A DNA stretch of 39,464 bases from an uncultured Candidatus Saccharibacteria bacterium (GCA_964432455.1 CAYSNO010000001.1:4883-44346); one strand, 5' to 3'; positions 24,615 to 32,931 are shown, counted from the first letter of the stretch. Program-made: numbers and translations. Notes: generated by a model not told the origin, from the letters alone.

Positions 24615-26767
24615 GCGGCGACCATGAGCATATCGGCGTCTTTCATGTGAGCCGGGAGCTCCTGCCAGATGGTCTCGGTCACAAACGGCATAAATGGATG
24701 GAGGAGCTTTAGCGACGTCACGAGGTAGTGGGTGAGCATCCGCTGGCGGGATGCGCGTTCAGCTGGTGTGCCAGCAAGAAGTACCTTACTCTCTTCAATC
24801 ACCTGGCTTGCAAAGTGATCCCACACGAAGTGATAGATCTTTTCGGCAGCAAGGTCAAAGCGGTCTTTGGCCATCTCGGCATTGATCTCGGCGACCATTG
24901 GGTGGAGGAATTCGTTTTCGAACTTGGTATCAGCCTCAGTGTGCTCCACAGGCGGCATGTAGTCTGCGGTGTTATCAAGCACAAAGCGGGTGATGTTCCA
25001 GAGCTTGTTGGCAAACTTCTTGTGCGCGTTGACCTTATCGGGGTCGAGGTTCATGTCTGTCCCGGGCACGTTGTTCATCATAAGTCCCATGCGTAAAGCG
25101 TCGGTGCCGTACTTTTCTTGAATCTCACTTGGGGCAATCACATTGCCTTTACTCTTACTCATCTTCTTCCCGTGCTTATCACGCACCATACCGTGGAGGT
25201 AGACTTTCTTGAATGGTACTTCACCGGTACGGTAGAGACCGAGCATCACCATCCGGGCTACCCAGAAGAAGAGGATGTCCTTACCAGTTTCCATCACTGC
25301 GGTTGGGTAGAAAGTTGTGAAGTCATTACTCGCGCCAGTATAGTCGGTGACACAGAGCGGCCATTGCCCAGAGGAGAACCACGTATCAAACGTATCTTGT
25401 TCTTGTTCAACCTGGCCACCACACTTGGTACAGGTGGTGATGGAGTCGTTGAGGTCAACCATACCGTGATGACAGTCGATACAAACTTTGGCTGGGATTG
25501 GTATACCCCAAGCGATTTGGCGCGCAATTGGCCAATCTTCGATATTCGTGAGCCAGTGGCGATACACCCGCTCATCGCGCTCGGTCACAAAGGTGTAGCG
25601 ACCAGCATCGAGCGCCTCAAGCGCCTTTGCTGCCAATGGCTTCATATTGACGAACCACTGTTCTTTGATCTGGGGTTCAATTTCACGACCACACTTGTAG
25701 CAGCAGGGGACAGCGTGGTGGTACTGCTCGTCGATTTTGACGAGGAGGCCTTTTTCTTTGAGCTTTTCAACGATAAGCTTGCGGGCATCACGAATATCTT
25801 GTCCGGCAAATTCACCAGCAATCGGGAGAAGCTTGCCACGCCAATCGATGATCTGTTCGTAGTCGAGGTTGTGTCGCTTTGCAATTTCAAAGTCGATACC
25901 CGAGTGCCATGGGGTGATGGTCATCACACCGGTACCCATTTCTGGGTCACCGGCTTCATCTTTAATCACAGTGGCGGTAATTGGGCCGTTGATCCACTCC
26001 AGTTCAATCTTCTGACCATGCTGGTACTCGGCATAGCGCGCATCGTCTGGGTGCATGACCACGTACTTGTCGCCAAACTTGGTCTCTGGTCGCGCGGTAC
26101 CAATCACAAATGGCCCATACTGAAAGTAGTAAAACGGTTCGGTGCGTTCCTCGTGTTCTACTTCGAGGTTTGAGAACGAAGTCTGGTGTTTTGGACACCA
26201 GTTAGAGGAACGGGCACCGCGGTAGAGGAGTCCATCGGTCTCAAGTTGCTTAAAGGTGTCATAGACGATTTTCTTCACGCGATCATCAAGCGTGAAGAGA
26301 GCGCGCGACCAGTCACACGAGGCACCCAAGGAACGGATTTGTCCCTCCATAAATGACTTATTCGAGAGCGTAAAGTCGAGGATTTCGGCGTAGAGTTCTT
26401 CGCGGGTCATCTGAAAGCGAGAGCGACCTTCTTTTTCGAGTTTCTTTTCGTACACCACCTGCGTCTCAAAACCAGCGTGGTCCGCACCCGGGAACCAAAC
26501 CGCTTTTTTGCCCTTCATACGTTCGTAGCGGAGCATGATGTCTTGGACGGTCACAAAGAGCGCGTGGCCGGCATGGAGTGAACCATTGGCATTTGGTGGC
26601 GGCATCACAATCGCAAACGGCTCGGTACGGTCGCCGGGGAGATTGTCCGGATTGAAGTAGCCTGAAGCCTCCCACATCTGGTAGATACGGTCTTCGTGAT
26701 CGCCTGGATTATACGGACTGGTAAAGAGGGTCGGGGTGGTACTTTGACCTTGATTTTGCTCGTTCAT
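24599..26767 (-). CDS. valS: Valine--tRNA ligase
   Basis: YNP..ED..Y..WE, PPPNANGSLHAGHA (HIGH) and KMSKSKGN motifs. Start moved to MNEQNQ: TGcTACGAT (hexamer 26777-26782) lies 9 nt upstream. Confidence 0.95.
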   Translation of the reverse strand: MNEQNQGQSTTPTLFTSPYNPGDHEDRIYQMWEASGYFNPDNLPGDRTEPFAIVMPPPNANGSLHAGHALFVTVQDIMLRYERMKGKKAVWFPGADHAGFETQVVYEKKLEKEGRSRFQMTREELYAEILDFTLSNKSFMEGQIRSLGASCDWSRALFTLDDRVKKIVYDTFKQLETDGLLYRGARSSNWCPKHQTSFSNLEVEHEERTEPFYYFQYGPFVIGTARPETKFGDKYVVMHPDDARYAEYQHGQKIELEWINGPITATVIKDEAGDPEMGTGVMTITPWHSGIDFEIAKRHNLDYEQIIDWRGKLLPIAGEFAGQDIRDARKLIVEKLKEKGLLVKIDEQYHHAVPCCYKCGREIEPQIKEQWFVNMKPLAAKALEALDAGRYTFVTERDERVYRHWLTNIEDWPIARQIAWGIPIPAKVCIDCHHGMVDLNDSITTCTKCGGQVEQEQDTFDTWFSSGQWPLCVTDYTGASNDFTTFYPTAVMETGKDILFFWVARMVMLGLYRTGEVPFKKVYLHGMVRDKHGKKMSKSKGNVIAPSEIQEKYGTDALRMGLMMNNVPGTDMNLDPDKVNAHKKFANKLWNITRFVLDNTADYMPPVEHTEADTKFENEFLHPMVAEINAEMAKDRFDLAAEKIYHFVWDHFASQVIEESKVLLAGTPAERASRQRMLTHYLVTSLKLLHPFMPFVTETIWQELPAHMKDADMLMVAAWPTH

Positions 26768-26800
26768 AGTAGTCGCATCGTAGCATGAAAAAGGCGTGAA

Positions 26801-26829
26801 ATAAAGAAAAGCCCGCGCAGACGCGCGGG
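26801..26829 (-). terminator. Intrinsic terminator ~110 nt after the tsaD stop
   Basis: GCCCGCGC-GTCT-GCGCGGGC followed by TTTTCTTT on the - strand. Confidence 0.75.
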
Positions 26830-26946
26830 CCAAAGTGGTCAGGCAGCCAGTCTACAGCTGATCAATCCGAGGCCACCCCCTGATGGGATCTTTGGGTTGA
26901 GACTGTACAGGTTCGGTGGCGTGCAGACCGCCGGTCCCGTCATGGG

Positions 26947-28116
26947 TTACAGAGACCGGTTACCGTCGGCGCGGATATAAGCAATCGCGCCAGCACTACG
27001 TGCAGTGGCGAGCTCGGCATGGCCAGCAAGCGCAATCATCACACTATTGTCAGTTGAGAGGTGGCGATGAGGGAGGTAGACCTCGATGTGTGGGTGAGTA
27101 GTGAGAAGTTTTTCGGTAAAGGTCTGACGGAGGAAACTGTTCGCTGAGACACCACCACCGATAATAAGCGTGGCAATACCAAAGTGATCAATCGCCTTTA
27201 CCGTCTTGGTGTACAGTGATTCGATGGCCGCATCTTCAAAATCACGCGCGAGGGCGTTCTTCTCGTCCTCGGTCATGGTCTTGTCGCCAATGGCGTAGCG
27301 GACAGCGGTCTTGAGTCCGGCGTAGGAGAAATCAAAATCATCACTGTGGGTCATTGGTCGCGGGAGGGGTTTCTCGCCATAGGGCGGGAGCTTGGCCTCG
27401 CGCGCAATGGCGGCACGCCGGCCAATCTCGGGTCCACCGGGGTACGGGAGTCCCATGAGACGTGCGACCTTATCAAATGCTTCACCGACGGCATCGTCAC
27501 GGGTCTGACCAATCTTTTCGTACTGACCCCAATTCTTCATGAGAATCAGTTCAGTGTGACCACCAGAGACGAGGAGGGCAAGGGCGGGGAACTGTACAGG
27601 CGCGAGCGCGTCATCGATCTCGACATCATAGAGGGAGGCGAGGATATGCCCCTCCATATGATTGACTGGTATGACCGGGCAGCCGAGTACCTGGGCAAGC
27701 GCCTTCGCGAAACTCACCCCCACCCACAGAGCGGGTTCAAGACCGGGTCCGCTCGTGACTGCAATCATCTGTATCTCAGGGAGACTGTGTGACTGCAAAA
27801 AAGCGATAAGGTCAGGGCCAAGATTGTCCTCGCGACTAAGAGTCTCGAGGAGGGTCGCTTCATCATCAATATCGGTCGTACCTTCTTCAAGGAGCTCGGC
27901 TTCACGCAGCGCTTTTTCGAGCATCGGGACGAGCGTCTTCGCGTGCTCACGCTTAGCGAGTTGTGGGAAGACACCCCCATATTCTTTGTGGAGGTCAACT
28001 TGGGAGAAGAGGGCATTGCCAAGAAGCGTATAGGTCGCGGTCGGGAATTCACCGTCGACCTCGACAAGGCTGACCGCCGTTTCGTCACAACTGGTTTCGA
28101 TTGAGAGTATGCGCAT
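26947..28116 (-). CDS. tsaD: tRNA N6-adenosine threonylcarbamoyltransferase TsaD
   Basis: MRILSIETSCDETAV, HMEGH, GGGVSAN. Carries an extra acidic ~40-50-aa insertion after the first lobe. Confidence 0.95.
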   Translation of the reverse strand: MRILSIETSCDETAVSLVEVDGEFPTATYTLLGNALFSQVDLHKEYGGVFPQLAKREHAKTLVPMLEKALREAELLEEGTTDIDDEATLLETLSREDNLGPDLIAFLQSHSLPEIQMIAVTSGPGLEPALWVGVSFAKALAQVLGCPVIPVNHMEGHILASLYDVEIDDALAPVQFPALALLVSGGHTELILMKNWGQYEKIGQTRDDAVGEAFDKVARLMGLPYPGGPEIGRRAAIAREAKLPPYGEKPLPRPMTHSDDFDFSYAGLKTAVRYAIGDKTMTEDEKNALARDFEDAAIESLYTKTVKAIDHFGIATLIIGGGVSANSFLRQTFTEKLLTTHPHIEVYLPHRHLSTDNSVMIALAGHAELATARSAGAIAYIRADGNRSL

Positions 28117-28285
28117 AAAAATGATGAGAAGGTAGGGATTTGCACCCTACAATAGCATATTACGAGCTGGGGCTGGTTACCCGGGTTTTTCGGGGTTACT
28201 CAATTATGCTCCTACTGTTAACCCTTATTCGGACGGCTACCTATTTCGTCACTTCTCGGCGCTAGTTATACCACGATTTTGACAT

Positions 28286-28480
28286 AAAAAAAGCCCCGCC
28301 GGAAAAGTGGCGGGGTGCTCAAGAGACAACAGGTCTGTGGCGTGGGAGGGTTAGCTCTGTAGCGTGACAGCTTGCTGCACCTTTCCCATCCGTCGACTCT
28401 CATACACTTTTGGTCCTCTGGGCTCCGCTGTTGGCTTGAACCGTAACGTCACTCCAGCCCTGCAAGTTTGCCTCTTGAGC
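28286..28480 (-). ncRNA. Candidate ~195-nt structured sRNA (rod-like; 6S-like by size and shape only)
   Basis: 13-bp closing stem (28468-28480 with 28317-28329) starts at the predicted TSS and ends directly at the terminator CCCCGCC/GGCGGGG plus U7 (28286-28316). Confidence 0.55.
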
Positions 28481-28486
28481 GGTAAT

Positions 28487-28514
28487 AATTTACTCTTTTA
28501 TCATCTCTTGTCAA
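28487..28514 (-). promoter_or_regulatory. Promoter of the candidate sRNA
   Basis: TTGACA (28509-28514), 16 nt, TAAATT (28487-28492), 6-7 nt before the closing stem. Lies just after the TAG stop of the upstream ORF. Confidence 0.5.
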
Positions 28515-28519
28515 TACAA

Positions 28520-29074
28520 CTAATAACGTGACGAGAGTTTGTAGGTTAGCAAAAGAGCTACGCTTACCAAAACTGTCATGGCCAAAAAGAGCGCATCAAA
28601 ACCAAACTGACTGACAATCAGTCCACCCATCGCGGTACCGGTGATGCCGGTGAAAGAAAGAATAATTTCCCAATCAGCGGCCTGAGGTAATTCTTTGTTA
28701 CTATCGAAATTTGTCGCCATAAGCGCACGGAAAGCGGGAGCGTGGAGACCCTCACTGAAGCCAAGTAGTAGCTGGATGATAAATAGTTGTGGTAGGGCAG
28801 TGGCAAAGAAAAAACCCAGGCAGCCCAATATTTTTAGACCATACCCAACTCGGAGGCTATTTTTGGACGTGAGAAAGTGTGCACCAACGAGTCGGGTAAA
28901 CACTGTTCCCACTCCCTTGGCAGCAAAGTAGATGGTGCCAAGTAAAGCAACGGTTTCGATAGTGGCATTAAAATCGGTTGCAAAGAGTGCAAATAGCGGC
29001 GCAAGCATCACACTTGCAAACATAAAAAGACCGTGAGCGAGATAGAGGAAGTACAGCGTCGGGTTGGTTTTCAT
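28520..29074 (-). CDS. Half-size (6-TM) MFS-like membrane protein, possibly truncated
   Basis: 184 aa resembling only the N-terminal six-helix bundle of an MFS transporter. No C-terminal half follows in any frame. Confidence 0.5.
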   Translation of the reverse strand: MKTNPTLYFLYLAHGLFMFASVMLAPLFALFATDFNATIETVALLGTIYFAAKGVGTVFTRLVGAHFLTSKNSLRVGYGLKILGCLGFFFATALPQLFIIQLLLGFSEGLHAPAFRALMATNFDSNKELPQAADWEIILSFTGITGTAMGGLIVSQFGFDALFLAMTVLVSVALLLTYKLSSRY

Positions 29075-29076
29075 TG

Positions 29077-29937
29077 TTATACAATAAACGTAAACGGCAT
29101 GTCCGCAAAGCTGGCGACGCGGATAGCGCTCGCATTTTTGTGACCACCACCACCATACTTTTGTGCCATGACTGAAACATCAACGTCCCCTCGACTGCGT
29201 AGTGATAGCGTCACTGCTCCATGCTTGTGATAGTAGACAATACCAAAGGCACTCCGGCCCTCGGCTTCGTTAATCGCTGCGAGCTGATTGCCGATATGAT
29301 CACGGAAATCTCTCGTCGCGTTTACGGCGTAGACCGTGTGGCCTTCAAAGGACACCAATTCACGTCCAGCGACCATCCCGGCGATGAGACGGTCTTCATA
29401 CTTCGCGAGGAGCGAACCTTTGGCAATAAAGTTGATGAAATTATCTTCATTTTGCAGGGAGGTCGATAGCTCGTCCCAGACCTCGAAGGTCATGGGGTAC
29501 TGATTAAAAGCCACCTTAAACTCACGATATTCAGGCAGAGCATTGTGCCATAAATCATAGTCTTCGACGTAGAGAAGGATAGTTGGTACTGGAGTTTCGG
29601 GGTGAAAGTACTGCCAAGCAAGTACCGCTCCCGAGTGATTGTTATCAAAAATATTCTGCGGGTAGGCACGGACATCGGCCTCGGCACTGACGTGGTGATC
29701 AATGACAACGACACTTTTGTTCGTGTCATTGAGTTGCGCAAGTAGTGGGGCAGAAAATGAAAAGTCGACAATGTAGACTTCTTTGCCTGAGAGTCTCTCT
29801 GGCACAACCCCGTGGTCTTTCCATGGAATATAGGTAGCACTGTCACCAAACTTCTTCCAGGCTGCATAAGCTGCCCCAAATCCATCCGGGCAATCGCCGT
29901 GGTAGACGATGACTGTATCTTTGAGTTCATTTTGCAT
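29077..29937 (-). CDS. DHH/DHHA1-family phosphoesterase (NrnB-like or phosphodiesterase-like)
   Basis: HGDCPDGFGAA, IDHH and GGGGH motifs. TATACT at 29945-29950 lies 7 nt upstream. Confidence 0.8.
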   Translation of the reverse strand: MQNELKDTVIVYHGDCPDGFGAAYAAWKKFGDSATYIPWKDHGVVPERLSGKEVYIVDFSFSAPLLAQLNDTNKSVVVIDHHVSAEADVRAYPQNIFDNNHSGAVLAWQYFHPETPVPTILLYVEDYDLWHNALPEYREFKVAFNQYPMTFEVWDELSTSLQNEDNFINFIAKGSLLAKYEDRLIAGMVAGRELVSFEGHTVYAVNATRDFRDHIGNQLAAINEAEGRSAFGIVYYHKHGAVTLSLRSRGDVDVSVMAQKYGGGGHKNASAIRVASFADMPFTFIV

Positions 29938-29961
29938 ATCGCCTAGTATAGCCGATAAAGC

Positions 29962-29980
29962 AAAAAGCCCGAAGGCTTTT
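29962..29980 (-). terminator. Short terminator after tRNA-Val
   Basis: AAGCC-TTCG-GGCTT followed by TTTG on the - strand. Confidence 0.6.
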
Positions 29981-29982
29981 GT

Positions 29983-30057
29983 TGGTGCGCGATATAAGAA
30001 TTGAACTTATGGCCTCTTCGATGTCAACGAAGCGCTCTACCACTGAGCTAATCGCGC
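29983..30057 (-). tRNA. tRNA-Val (anticodon GAC), CCA encoded
   Basis: GCGCGATTAGCTCAGTGGTAGAGCG CTTCG-TTGACAT-CGAAG ... ATAAGTTCAATTCTTAT ATCGCGCACCA. Confidence 0.95.
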
Positions 30058-30103
30058 AGTGGGACTAGTATACTGAAAATATTTGAAACTGCAAAAGATG
30101 AAG

Positions 30104-30132
30104 CCGCCCCGACTGTGACAGTGGGGGCGGCA
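30104..30132 (-). terminator. Intrinsic terminator
   Basis: GCCGCCCC...GGGGCGGC stem followed by a T-rich tract on the - strand. Confidence 0.65.
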
Positions 30133-30139
30133 ATGCGTT

Positions 30140-30328
30140 CTAGTAGTCGCCGAGGTAATTGCCGAGTGCGATTTGGCCAATCGCTACGGCATCGAGGGCG
30201 AGCTCGGCTTCAATCTCTTCAAGACGGATGACCACCGTCTTGTCTCCGGCGGCATGTCGAGCGGTGAGGCTCGCATGCTCAAGAACAAGTTGGAGTTTCT
30301 TCTGATCAAAAGATGCTTGGCAGCACAT
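30140..30328 (-). CDS. Hypothetical 62-aa protein
   Basis: Start set at MCCQAS: SD AGGAGA (30335-40) lies 6 nt upstream and overlaps the TAG stop of the upstream gene. GC-richer than its partner. Confidence 0.5.
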   Translation of the reverse strand: MCCQASFDQKKLQLVLEHASLTARHAAGDKTVVIRLEEIEAELALDAVAIGQIALGNYLGDY

Positions 30329-30338
30329 ATACCATCTC

Positions 30339-30782
30339 CTAGCGTCGTTCATTGACACTTAACCAATATGATAGCATAATTGCGAATTTTCCGCAAGTTG
30401 CACGATCTAAGGTACCGGTGGGTGCCAAAGCCTTTACCCAGTTATTATCTCGTTCGGCTCGCATAAGTGCTCTTGAGAGTATGCCGATACTCTCTATGTA
30501 TGTATTATGTAATTGTGTTCTATCATTATCGATTTTTGCTAACTTTTCTGCCCATTCACTGTCCGAAAAATCACCCCTGTTTCGGGTAAACAGTTTCATA
30601 TTCCAAACATCAAGTGCGTAACGGAGAGCATATTGCAACATGTCCTCTAAAGCTTGTTCACTGTGTGGGTCGCCCGCACAAAGTTTTTCAAGTTCATCGG
30701 GAGTAATTGGAAGACCTAGACCATTTTGCTCAACTTTCTTTGATGTACTTTCAATGAAATCACCAGGCATTTTTGGAGTCAT
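30339..30782 (-). CDS. Hypothetical 147-aa protein (AT-rich gene)
   Basis: No recognisable domain and no TM helix. TATAAT at 30790-30795 lies 7 nt upstream of the ATG. Confidence 0.6.
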   Translation of the reverse strand: MTPKMPGDFIESTSKKVEQNGLGLPITPDELEKLCAGDPHSEQALEDMLQYALRYALDVWNMKLFTRNRGDFSDSEWAEKLAKIDNDRTQLHNTYIESIGILSRALMRAERDNNWVKALAPTGTLDRATCGKFAIMLSYWLSVNERR

Positions 30783-30862
30783 ATTCGAGATTATACATTA
30801 TGTAACGAAAATTCATTACTTTAGGTTATATAGCATATACGCTATAAGTTATTTCATTTGGT

Positions 30863-32686
30863 ATGTGTGGCATCATTGGATATACAGGGACAAAAAGGGT
30901 AACGCCGATATTACTCGCAGGGTTAGAGGCGCTTGAGTACCGGGGCTATGACTCAGCCGGACTCTCAGTGGGTGGAGTAGGTGTGGTCAAAGCGGTGGGG
31001 AAAGTGGCAGTACTTCGTGAGAAAGTAGCCGCGACTTTATCCACCGATACCACCTCTGGCATCGCGCACACGCGCTGGGCCACCCATGGGGAGCCTAGTG
31101 AAGCAAACGCTCACCCACATACCGACAGCAGCGGACAGCTCCATCTCGTCCACAATGGCATCATCGAAAATTATCGCGAACTTAAAGAGGAATTGCTAGA
31201 AGCTGGACATACGTTTTATTCGGCCACTGATACCGAAGTCCTCGCAAAGCTTATTGGGACACTCTATGTCGGCAATCTTGAGGAGGCAGTAGGGAAGGGG
31301 CTCGCTCGGGTGCGCGGTGCGTATGGGCTCGTGGTTACCCACGAAGCCGAACCGGGGGTGATTGTAGTCGCAAGACTCGGGAGTCCAATTGTCATTGGAG
31401 TGGCCTCCGATGGTCACTATGTCGCGTCTGATGCCGTGGCACTCCTCCCATATACCAATCGGCTCGTGTACCTCGATGATGGTGATATGGCCATCCTGAC
31501 GCCCACGACCTACCGAGTGAAAAATGAGGGCGGAACCGAACGGCACATTGTGCCTGAAACAGCGGCGGCTGATATCGAAGCCGTCAAAAAAGATGGCTAC
31601 CGCCACTACATGGAAAAGGAAATCAACGAAGCGGCCGAAGTAATACGCAGTACGATTCGTGGACGGGTTCTGGTAGATGAGGGTCGAGTAAAGCTCGGTG
31701 GACTGGAATCCGTTTTACCAGAATTACGTGATATTAGTCGTCTCTCGATTGTGGCCTGTGGCTCGGCCTCTTTTGCTGGTAAAGTCGGGCAGTGGATGCT
31801 CGAGACCTATGCTGGTCTCCCAACCGAGGTTGAAATCGGCAGTGAATATCGGTACCGAGCGATGCTTGGTGGGGCGGGTACTGCAGTCCTTGCCGTCACG
31901 CAATCGGGTGAGACCGCTGATACGCTGGCATCGATCAAGCGTGCGAAGACCGAGGGTCTCCTCACTTTGGGAATTGTGAACGTGGTTGGATCGAGTATTG
32001 CCCGTGAGACTACAGCCGGCGTGTACAACCACGCGGGGCCTGAGGTCGCGGTCGCGTCGACCAAGGCCTTCCTCTCGCAACTGGCGGTCTTTGCGCTCCT
32101 CACGGTCCTTCTCGGGCGTGAGCGGGGAATCATGACCGAAGTTGAGGCGAAGGAGATACTGACCGCTCTTGAAGCGCTGCCAGCGGTACTTGAGGGGGTC
32201 TTGAAGCGACAGGCAGATATCGAAGTAATTGCAAGTCGCTACAAAGACGCGACGAGCATGATGTATATCGGTCGCGGCTCACATGCGCCACTGGCGTACG
32301 AAGGAGCACTCAAGATGAAAGAGGTGACCTATATCCATGCCGAGGGTTATCCGGCAGGGGAACTGAAGCATGGATCGATTGCACTCCTTGATGCACAGGT
32401 ACCGGTGGTGGCGCTCCTCCCATCTCAAGACGTCTATGAAAAAATGGTCTCAAATATCGAGGAAGTCAAAGCTCGTAAAGCACCTGTAATTATCATTGCA
32501 GAGGATGACGATAAACACGCGGCTGCTCTCGGGGACTCGGTCATCTATGTGCCGAAGACTCATCCAATACTCCAACCGATTGTGTCGACGATACCACTCC
32601 AGTTACTCTCATATTATGTCGGTATAGAAAAAGGACTTGATGTTGATAAGCCGCGGAATCTTGCCAAGTCGGTCACCGTGGAGTAA
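30863..32686 (+). CDS. glmS: Glutamine--fructose-6-phosphate aminotransferase
   Basis: MCGIIGY N-terminal nucleophile, two SIS domains, and C-terminal ..LAKSVTVE. Confidence 0.97.
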   Translation: MCGIIGYTGTKRVTPILLAGLEALEYRGYDSAGLSVGGVGVVKAVGKVAVLREKVAATLSTDTTSGIAHTRWATHGEPSEANAHPHTDSSGQLHLVHNGIIENYRELKEELLEAGHTFYSATDTEVLAKLIGTLYVGNLEEAVGKGLARVRGAYGLVVTHEAEPGVIVVARLGSPIVIGVASDGHYVASDAVALLPYTNRLVYLDDGDMAILTPTTYRVKNEGGTERHIVPETAAADIEAVKKDGYRHYMEKEINEAAEVIRSTIRGRVLVDEGRVKLGGLESVLPELRDISRLSIVACGSASFAGKVGQWMLETYAGLPTEVEIGSEYRYRAMLGGAGTAVLAVTQSGETADTLASIKRAKTEGLLTLGIVNVVGSSIARETTAGVYNHAGPEVAVASTKAFLSQLAVFALLTVLLGRERGIMTEVEAKEILTALEALPAVLEGVLKRQADIEVIASRYKDATSMMYIGRGSHAPLAYEGALKMKEVTYIHAEGYPAGELKHGSIALLDAQVPVVALLPSQDVYEKMVSNIEEVKARKAPVIIIAEDDDKHAAALGDSVIYVPKTHPILQPIVSTIPLQLLSYYVGIEKGLDVDKPRNLAKSVTVE

Positions 32687-32720
32687 AGTCATTTTATAAG
32701 CTCCTTGTAGTGAGGTGATG

Positions 32721-32918
32721 ATGCGTCACTTTTGGGATACCTCTGAGGATGTCCACTTGTGGGCAGTTGCTGTTGCAGATCGTGTTTCGACAGAGCGTTA
32801 CAGGCAACTCTATGTTCGTTGGAGTGAGCGCAACACGCAAGATGATCGAGTATGGGCAATGGTCAAAGTGCTCTCTGACCGGGTTGCAGAGAAATCAGAC
32901 ATCATTACTCCTGCCTAA
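32721..32918 (+). CDS. Hypothetical 65-aa protein
   Basis: SD GAGG (32712-15) lies 5 nt upstream of this ATG. Has its own terminator. Trp/Arg-rich with no recognisable domain. Confidence 0.5.
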   Translation: MRHFWDTSEDVHLWAVAVADRVSTERYRQLYVRWSERNTQDDRVWAMVKVLSDRVAEKSDIITPA

Positions 32919-32931
32919 GCTCACCAACCAC

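Noticed and set aside
25118-26173. 351-aa ORF on the + strand (and 24728-25096)
   Set aside because: Antisense to valS, whose HIGH and KMSKS motifs fix the coding strand. Shadow ORFs.
28117-28270. Riboswitch or T-box in the ~150-nt region upstream of tsaD
   Set aside because: Only short hairpins are present (GTAGGG/CCCTAC at 28131-28149). There is no terminator/antiterminator pair and no conserved riboswitch core that I recognise.
28286-28480. SRP RNA or tmRNA identity for the candidate sRNA
   Set aside because: There is no GNRA-capped helix-8 motif (GGAA...AGCAGC pattern) at the apex, no tRNA-like 3' end and no tag ORF. It is kept as an unclassified sRNA.
30783-30862. glmS ribozyme upstream of glmS
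   Set aside because: Only ~80 nt of AT-rich spacer is available, too short for the ~170-nt ribozyme, and no conserved core is visible.
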